NCBI GenBank assembly: GCA_964398095.1
Contig: CAYNMI010000001.1
Span: 1-34,775 of the forward strand
Source of the DNA: an uncultured Desulfobacca sp.
GTDB taxonomy: Bacteria; Desulfobacterota; Desulfobaccia; Desulfobaccales; 0-14-0-80-60-11
Direction of reading: 5' to 3'
DNA: 34,775 bases
This document shows positions 22,271-29,444 of this stretch, one piece after another. How positions within the stretch are numbered: position 1 is the first letter of the stretch; each line of letters starts with the position of its first letter. Made by a program: the position numbers and the translations under genes. The notes under the pieces are model-generated. The model saw nothing but the letters and a program-made list of their open reading frames with translations, was not told the DNA's origin and ran no database searches.

Positions 22271-25200
22271 ATGGCAGAAAAAGTGCTGGGCTCGGTAATG
22301 GTGGTGGGGGGCGGCATCGCCGGGATGCAGGCCGCCTTGGATTTGGCCAATTCGGGCTATCTCGTCCACCTGGTGGAAAAGAAGCCGGCCATCGGCGGGG
22401 TGGTGGCGCAGCTGGACAAGACCTTCCCCAGCAACGACTGCGCCATGTGAATTGTCTCCCCCAAGCTGGTCGAGGTCGGCCGGCACCGCAACATCGAGAT
22501 CCATACCCTGGCGGAACTGCAAGGCATCAGCGGCGAGCCCGGTGATTTTACCGTCCGCCTGGCCAAGCAGCCCCGCTACGTCGATCCCGCCAAATGCACC
22601 GGTTGTGGGGACTGCGCCAAGGCCTGTCCCGTGACCATGCCGGATGAATTCAACCTGGGGCTGGCGGATTGGCGGGCCGCATACCGCCTCTACCCCCAGG
22701 CCATCCCCCCGGCCTTCGCGGTCAAGAAACTGGACCGGGCCCCCTGTGTGCGAGCCTGTCCCGCCAATCTGAGCGCCCAGGGTTATGTGCAATTGATTAA
22801 GGCCGGCAAGTTTCAGGAGGCCCTGGCCCTGATCATGGACCGCCTGCCCCTGCCCGGCACCATCAGCCGCGTCTGTCCCCACCCCTGTGAGACCGACTGC
22901 CGCCGCCAGGAGCTCGATGAGCCCCTGGCCATCTGCGCCCTGAAGCGCTTCGTGGCCGATGCCGCGGACTGGGAGGCCCTGCCGGTGCCGGAGGTGGAGC
23001 GCCGGGAGGAGCGGGTGGCCATCGTCGGGGGCGGGCCCTCCGGTTTGGGCTGCGCCTATCATCTGGCCCTCATGGGATACCGGCCGGTGATCTTTGAGGC
23101 CGCCCCGGAGGCCGGCGGCTGGCTGCGCTACGGCATCCCGGAATATCGTCTCCCCCGGGAGGTGCTCCAAAGGGAAATCGACTACATCCGGAAGCTGGGT
23201 GTGGAGATCCACGGCAACACCCCCATCGGGGCAGGGCGCACCATCTCCGACCTGCTGGCCCGGGAGGGTTTCCGGGCGGTCTATTTAGGGGTGGGCTGTC
23301 AGGAATCTCTGTACCTGGCGGCGCCCGGGGTCGAGGCCCGGGGGGTGTTCTGGGGGGGCGAGTTCCTGAAGGACGCGGCCTCAGGTCAGGCGCCTCACTC
23401 TAAGGACAAGCGGGTCATCGTTATCGGCGGCGGCAATGTGGCCCTGGATGTGGCCCGCACCGCCCGGCGCCGGGGCGCGGCCCAAGTTACCGTCGTCTGT
23501 CTGGAGAACGCCTTTGAGATGCCGGCCTTGCCCTGGGAGGTGGAGGAAGCCGAGCAGGAAGGCATTGAGATCATGTATCGCTGGGGCGTCAAGCAGGTCC
23601 TCACCGCCGGCGATCAGGTAACCGGCATTGAACTGAAAGGGGTGGAGCGGGTCTTTGACGAGCAGGGGCGCTTCGCGCCCGTCTATCTTGAAGAACAGCT
23701 CCTCACCCTTGACTGTGAGATGGTGGTCATGGCCATCGGCCAGAAGGCCGATCTGAAGTTCCTGACCGAAGCGGACGGCGTCGCACTTACCCCCCGGGGC
23801 CTCATCCAGACGGACCCGGAGACCCTGGCCACCAGCCGGGAGGGGGTCTTTGCCGGGGGCGATGTGGTCTCCGGCCCCTTCATCGCCATCGCGGCGCTGG
23901 CCGCGGGCCGCGAAGCCGCCATTTCCATAGATCGCTATCTCAAGGGGATGGATCTGAAAGAAGGGCGGGAACTGCCGCTGCGGCCCATCCAGGAGGGCAA
24001 CTGGAATCCGGTTCCCAAGGGCCAGGCCAGGCAACCCCGGGTTGCCACCCCGGTTCTGCCCACCCCCGAATGGGTCCAGGGATTTGAGGAAATCCACCGG
24101 GGCTTCACCCAGGAACAAGCCGTGCAGGAGGCGGAGCGCTGCCTGGCCTGCGGCGTGTGCTCGGAATGTATGCAGTGTGTCGCGGCCTGCCTCCCCAAGG
24201 CCCTGGACCACCGCCAGCAGCCTCAATCCGTGGACCTCGAGGTGGGCGCGGTGATCCTGGCCCCGGGCTTTGCATCATTTGATCCCGGTCAGTATGAGGC
24301 TTATCACTATGCCTCGCACCCCAACGTGGTCACCAGTCTGGAGTTTGAACGCATTCTGTCGGCCTCCGGACCGTATTTAGGCCATCTTGTCAGACTTTCG
24401 GACCAACAGGAGCCCAAAAAGATCGCCTGGCTGCAATGCGTCGGCTCCCGGGATCTGCATCACGGCGATAACCGCTATTGTTCGTCGGTGTGCTGCATGT
24501 ATGCCATCAAACAGGCGATGCTGGCCCAGGATCACACTCACGGCCCTCTGGATACGGCCATTTTCTATATGGACCTGCGCACCCACGGCAAGGACTTTGA
24601 GAAATATTATCACCGGGCCGCGGACCGCGGCGTCCGGTTTATCCGTTCCCGGGTGCACAGCGTCGATGCGGCCCCGGACTCCCAGGAGCTGACCCTGCGC
24701 TATCTCTCGGAAGACGGCCGGGTGCAGACGGAAAATTTTGATCTGGTGGTGCTTTCCACGGGGCTGACGGCCCCGCCGGACGCCATTAAATTGGCCGACA
24801 CTTTAGGGGTCCAGGTAAACCCGGACACGCGTTTTGCGGCCACGAATCCCTTTACGCCGGTAACCACCCATAAGCCGGGGGTCTTCGTGTGCGGGGCTTT
24901 TCAGGGTCCCAAAGACATCCCCCAATCGGTCATGGAGGCCTCCGCCGCCGCGGCCGCCGCCAGCGAACTGCTGGCCGGGGCGCGCCATACCTTAAGCCGG
25001 ACCAAGCCTGACTATTCCGAGCGTGACGTCTCCCAGGAAGATCCGCACATCGGCGTGTTCATCTGCCATTGCGGCACCAATATTGCCGGCGTCGTAGATG
25101 TCGCGGCGCTGCGGGACTACGCCGAAACCTTGCCCCAGGTGGAGAATGCGGAAACCTTCCTCTTCGCCTGCTCCCAGGATAGTCAGGCAACCCTGAAGGC

Positions 25201-26746
25201 CCGGGCCGCGGAACTTGGGCTCAACCGCGTGGTCGTGGCCTCGTGCAGCCCCCGCACCCACGAACCCGTGTTCCAGGAGGCCCTCAAGGAGGCCGGACTC
25301 AACCCTTATCTCTTTGATATGGCCAACATCCGGGACCACGACGCCTGGGTGCACATGGGTGATCCCGCGGCCGCCCTGGAAAAGGCCAAAGACCTGGTGC
25401 GCATGGCCGCGGCCCGGGCCGCCAACCTGGAATCTCTGCAAAGGCAGAAATTCCCGGTAACCCGGGCCGCCCTCATTGTCGGCGGCGGCGTGGCCGGCCT
25501 GGAAGCGGCCCGCTCCCTGGGCAACATGGGCTTTCAGAGCTACCTGGTGGAGAAAGGCGACCGTCTAGGAGGCAATGCCTGGAGCCTGCTCGTCAGCCAC
25601 CGCGGTTACCGTTACCGGGATTATCTGGAAGAACTGGTGCAAGCCGTGACCCATCACCCGCACATCGACATCATGTATGGCTCCCAGGTCAAAGAGGCCG
25701 GCGGTTTCATCGGCAATTTCCAGACCGTGATCGCCACTCCCGACGGCGACCGGGAACTGGAGCACGGCGTCACCATTCTGGCCACGGGCGGCGCCCCCCT
25801 GATCCCGCAAGAATATCTCTATGGCCAGCACCCTGATGTGCTGCTGTCCCTGGAACTGGATAAGGCCATTGCCGGGCAAGACCCCCGGGTGGCGAACGCC
25901 CGGCAGGCCGTGTTCATCCAATGTGTGGGGTCCCGGGAACCGGAGCGGCCTTATTGCAGCCGGCTGTGCTGCACCCACGCGGTGGAGCAGGCCCTGATCC
26001 TCAAAGAATCGAACCCCGGCCTGGATGTTTTCATCTTGTATCGGGATTTGCGCACCTATGGCGACAAGGAGCTGCTCTATCAAGAGGCCCGGGAGAAGGG
26101 GGTCGTGTTCATCCGCTACGACCTGGAAAACAAGCCCAAAGTGGCCCAGACCCCCGCAGGCGGCCTCAAGGTGACCGTCCAGGACCTCATCCTGGGGCGG
26201 CCGCTGGAGTTGCGGCCCGACTTCCTCACCCTGGCCAGCGCCATAGTGCCCAGCCCCGCGGCCGAGTTGGCGGAGATCTTTAAGGTGCCGCGCAACCAGG
26301 AGGGCTTCTTCAGCGAAGTGCATGCCAAGCTGCGCCCGGTGGACTGCGTGGCGGACGGCGTCTATCTGGCCGGCATGGCCCATTATCCCAAGCCCATGGA
26401 TGAATCCATCGCCCAGGCCAAGGCCGCGGCGGCCCGGGCCGCCACGGTCCTGGCCCAGGATGAGGTGGCCGTAGAACCGCTGGTGTCCATGGTGGACCCG
26501 GAGCTTTGCCTGGGCTGCGGCCTCTGCGAACTCACCTGCCCCTTCGGGGCCATGCGCCTTATCAAGGAGCCGGGGAAAAGATACCATGCCGAGAACCAGC
26601 CCGCCTACTGCAAGGGCTGCGGCATCTGCGCCGCGGGCTGCCCGGTCCAGGCCATTGACATGCTCCATTTCCGGAAACGGCAGATCCTGGCCGCCATCCA
26701 TGCCGGCGGGCAAAGGATTGCGGCGGTGGCGTCCGCCGGGAGATAG
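22271..26746 (+). CDS. hdrL: giant HdrA-like selenoprotein with an inserted GltD/NfnB-like NAD(P)H-FAD module (HdrL-type), 1491 aa with Sec at residue 60 (TGA 22448-22450)
   Basis: Track ORFs 22049..22450 and 22631..26746 are in the same frame and are separated only by one TGA. Joined, they read ...[23 protein letters not shown]..., which is the conserved HdrA block. Downstream come a GltD-like region ([38 protein letters not shown]), an HdrA core (WLQCVGSRD...[10 protein letters not shown]), a thioredoxin-like domain ([13 protein letters not shown]), a second HdrA-like half ([35 protein letters not shown]) and a terminal 2x[4Fe-4S] ([24 protein letters not shown]). Confidence 0.85.
22465..22484 (+). 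other. SECIS-like hairpin 15 nt downstream of the hdrL UGA
   Basis: GCUGGUC (22465-22471), loop GAGGUC, GGCCGGC (22478-22484): a 7-bp stem including two G-U pairs. The same 20-mer occurs at the same offset after the hdrA UGA (29648-29667). Caveat: it also encodes the conserved KLVEVGRH peptide. Confidence 0.45.
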
Positions 26747-26748
26747 CC

Positions 26749-26913
26749 ATGCAAGCGGAATTCCCGGCGTTTCTGGGTAAAGGATGCGCTTATGCCAGTA
26801 CTGCCTCGGACAGGATGTCCCGGTTTCCGTATCCCTCTCAAATCCGGGTCATTTTCAACCTGGGTGCCGGCAGGTGGTTCCGGTCTAAGAGCTGGAGGCA
26901 GGAGGGACCATGA
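26749..26913 (+). CDS. 54-aa ORF resembling only the N-terminal third of MvhD, with most Cys ligand positions substituted (possible remnant or adaptor)
   Basis: Below the track's size cut-off; my own translation gives MQAEFPAFLGKGCAYASTASDRMSRFPYPSQIRVIFNLGAGRWFRSKSWRQEGP. Compare MvhD at 28445: ILAFLCKWCSYASADLAGVSRFQYPPNIRVMLTMCSGRV. The ATG is 2 nt after the hdrL stop, and the stop overlaps the next start (ATGA at 26910-26913). Confidence 0.4.
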   Translation: MQAEFPAFLGKGCAYASTASDRMSRFPYPSQIRVIFNLGAGRWFRSKSWRQEGP

Positions 26914-28031
26914 AGACTTTTTCCCATCTGATCCAAGAGGTGCAGGAGAAGGGCCTCTGCCACCATTGCGGGGGCTGCGTGGCGTTTTGCAATGCCATCA
27001 ATTACGGGGCCCTGGAGTTGGGGGAGAACGGCAGGCCGCGCTACAGCAATATTGAAAAGTGCATCGAGTGCGGCATCTGCTATGCGATTTGCCCGGAGAT
27101 CGGGGAACTGGACGAGGAAATCAAGACCTTGGTGTCCTGGAGCCCCCCCATGGGCCACAATATGGGAATCGCCGTGGCCCGGGCCAAGGACCCGGAGGTG
27201 CGGACCCGGGCCACCGACGGCGGGGTGGTGACCGCCCTGTTGCTCCGCCTGTTTGACCGCGGCCACATCGATGCGGCCATCGTCAGCAAGAAGGTGGCGC
27301 CCTTCCAGCGCCACCCCAGTCTGGCGCACTCCCGGGAAGACATCATCGATGCCGCGGGGTTCCATTTCGACACCCTGGCCAGCATGCACCTGTTCTCCGA
27401 GGTCTACTCCACGTTTTCGCCCTCAATCGTGCGGCTGCGCGAGGTGGCCAAGATGACCTACCACCGGGTGGCCTTTGTGGGGACGCCCTGCCAGATTAAT
27501 ACCTTGCGGCGCATGGAGGTGCTGGGAGTGGTGCCGTCTGAGGCCATTAAGTTCCATTTCGGCCTGTTCTGCTCCGGGAACTTCCAATTCGGCCCGGAGC
27601 AGCGCCGGCGTCTGGAAAAGATCGGCGATTTTAACTGGGCCGATGTCTATAAAATTAACGTCAAAGAAGATCTGATGATCCACCTGCGCAATAAGAAGGT
27701 CCGTCACATCCCCCTGGACCAACTGGCCTTCATGAAACGGTACGCCTGCCAGTTCTGCGACGACTATGCCGCGGAATATGCCGACCTCTCCTTTGGGGGC
27801 ATCGGCGCGCCCGAAGGCTGGACCACGGTGATCGTTCGCTCCCCGTTGGGGCGGGGGCTCCTGGCTGACGCCATGGAGAAGTATGTCGAGCGCTACAATT
27901 ATCGGGAAAATCCCTTTTTAGTGTCCGAGGCCATGGCCAAGATCCTGGAGTGGTCCGACAAAAAGAAGCACAACGCCGCGGCGAAGCACCATGAACTCGA
28001 AATGAGTCATGGTGAGTTAGAAGTACAATAG
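26910..28031 (+). CDS. FrhB/FdhB-family (coenzyme F420 hydrogenase/dehydrogenase beta subunit-like) iron-sulfur flavoprotein
   Basis: N-terminal ferredoxin-like CHHCGGCVAFC / CIECGICYAICP. FrhB-type blocks DGGVVTALL, VAFVGTPCQINTL, FGLFCSGNF and CQFCDDYAAEYADLSFGGIG. GGAGG RBS. Confidence 0.85.
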   Translation: MKTFSHLIQEVQEKGLCHHCGGCVAFCNAINYGALELGENGRPRYSNIEKCIECGICYAICPEIGELDEEIKTLVSWSPPMGHNMGIAVARAKDPEVRTRATDGGVVTALLLRLFDRGHIDAAIVSKKVAPFQRHPSLAHSREDIIDAAGFHFDTLASMHLFSEVYSTFSPSIVRLREVAKMTYHRVAFVGTPCQINTLRRMEVLGVVPSEAIKFHFGLFCSGNFQFGPEQRRRLEKIGDFNWADVYKINVKEDLMIHLRNKKVRHIPLDQLAFMKRYACQFCDDYAAEYADLSFGGIGAPEGWTTVIVRSPLGRGLLADAMEKYVERYNYRENPFLVSEAMAKILEWSDKKKHNAAAKHHELEMSHGELEVQ

Positions 28032-28088
28032 ATAAGCCAGGTCGGGCCGGCGCCGAGGACTCGCGGCGCCGGGCAAGGAGGGAAAACC

Positions 28089-28319
28089 ATGTCGGAATAT
28101 TTAAAGTGCCAAAAATGCGGCGCCGTCCTGACGCCCGAGGGCTACCACCAATACGGCTGGTATCTCGACGGCAAAAAAGTGGACGGCTGCCCGCCGGAGA
28201 TCGACAACGTGACGGTGAAGCGGGAGGATTTGCAAAAGCTCCTGGCCGCGCTGGAGGGGGCTGAACCTTCCAAGAAGGATGAATACCAACGCCTCCGGGC
28301 GGCCCTGGAGGGCAAATGA
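28089..28319 (+). CDS. small conserved Cys/His protein (76 aa), paralog of 8150..8389
   Basis: RBS AAGGAGGGAAAACC-ATG. Sequence MSEYLKCQKCGAVLTPEGYHQYGWYLDGKKVDGCPPEIDNVTVKREDL... It includes an identical 26-nt stretch (GTGGACGGCTGCCCGCCGGAGATCGA) shared with the reverse complement of the cluster-1 copy. Confidence 0.75.
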   Translation: MSEYLKCQKCGAVLTPEGYHQYGWYLDGKKVDGCPPEIDNVTVKREDLQKLLAALEGAEPSKKDEYQRLRAALEGK

Positions 28320-28444
28320 GGACCTGGCTGCGGGGGTTTTGGGGGTTCACGGTGGCGCCGCCGTAAGCCGACTGCCGGGGTGGGGAGTTCACCGGCCTCA
28401 ACATGATTTTTTCTCAGGCGGAGACGCAAACCGAGGAGAGGGAC

Positions 28445-29203
28445 ATGGCAGGTAAGTTCGAACCAAAGATCCTGGCGTTTCTGTGCAAATGGTGTTCCTA
28501 TGCCAGCGCCGACCTGGCCGGGGTGTCCCGGTTTCAGTATCCCCCTAATATCCGGGTCATGCTCACCATGTGCTCCGGCCGGGTCGATCCGGTCTTTGTG
28601 ATGGAAGGGTTGAGCAGCGGGTTCGACGGGGTCTTCGTGTTTGGCTGACACTTCGGGGACTGTCATTACCTGGATGGTAATGTTTATGCCAACAAGCGGA
28701 TGCAGATCGTGAGCCAGTTGCTCGAGACCGCCGGCCTCGGCCGCGACCGGTTGCAACTCCGCTGGGTCAGTTCCGCGGAAGGCCAGGTCTTTGCCGAATA
28801 TGTCACCGAGTTGACCGAAGTGATCCGGGAGGTGGGCCCCCTGGACCGGGAGAAATACAGCCGTTCCCTGGCCGCGGCGGAAAGGGCTTTGGAAGCCGTG
28901 CCGGTCAGGTGGTTGATGGGTATGGAGAAGCAGCTTACGGAACAGGAAAATGTTTACCATGAAAAGTTGGATCCCGATCATTTCCAGATGGTTCTGAAGC
29001 AGATGGCCGAAGAAGAATATCAGAAAGCCCTGCTGTTTGAAGTCTTGAAAGAAGGACCCAAAACCGTGCGCCAGATGGCCGCGGGGACCGGCTTATCGGT
29101 ATACACCGTGTCCCTCCGCTTGAACGATCTGGAAAGGAGCGGCCAGGCGGACTTCTCCGGCCACGAGGGGACCACCCCCAGATTCAGATTGACGGCCGTC
29201 TAA
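28445..29203 (+). CDS. mvhD: MvhD/FlpD-like selenoprotein with a C-terminal winged-helix-like extension, 252 aa with Sec at residue 68 (TGA 28646-28648)
   Basis: Track ORFs 28403..28648 and 28700..29203 are in the same frame. Joined across the TGA they read ...GFDGVFVFG-U-HFGDCHYLDGNVYANKRMQIV..., i.e. the MvhD GCHxGDCHY block with U replacing the first Cys. ATG at 28445 with a GAGGAG RBS. The cluster-1 fusion has Cys at the aligned position (LLAGCTPTASCHY). Confidence 0.8.
28664..28682 (+). other. SECIS-like hairpin 16 nt downstream of the mvhD UGA
   Basis: CAUUACC (28664-28670), loop UGGAU, GGUAAUG (28676-28682): a perfect 7-bp stem. Confidence 0.45.
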
Positions 29204-29279
29204 GGAGGGGTGGCAAGGCCGCATACGTAGATCCCGGGGCGAAATCTATAGCATTTGCCGAAAGTCTTTTCCTCTTATT

Positions 29280-29320
29280 CCCTCTCCCCCCAGCGGGGGG
29301 AGGGTTAGGGTGAGGGGGGA
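29280..29320. repeat. REP-like GC hairpin element (CCCTCTCCCCCC agc GGGGGGAGGG TTAGGGTGAGGGGGG) in the mvhD-hdrA spacer
   Basis: Read directly from the sequence. It resembles the short intergenic 'GGGTTAGGGTGAGGGG' hairpin repeats I recall from many GC-rich bacterial genomes, which generate spurious small ORFs (track ORFs 29184..29378 and 29246..29470). A looser relative is at 7801-7834. Confidence 0.4.
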
Positions 29321-29444
29321 GAAGAAAAAACTTTTGGCAACGAATATAATTCCTGTCCCCTGATGCAGGCAAAGCCATGGGGACCCAGACGGGTGAGCCG
29401 GAGGTTTATTTCTGACCAGAGCAACTGCCGGGAGGTAAGGTTCT

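Noticed and set aside
22049-22450. Reading hdrL, mvhD and hdrA as truncated genes or pseudogenes split by premature stop codons
   Set aside because: In all three cases the stop is TGA. The downstream ORF continues in the same frame. The TGA falls exactly at a conserved Cys position of a family known to use selenocysteine. A stable hairpin follows 15-16 nt later. The part of ORF 22049..22450 upstream of the ATG at 22271 is non-homologous leader.
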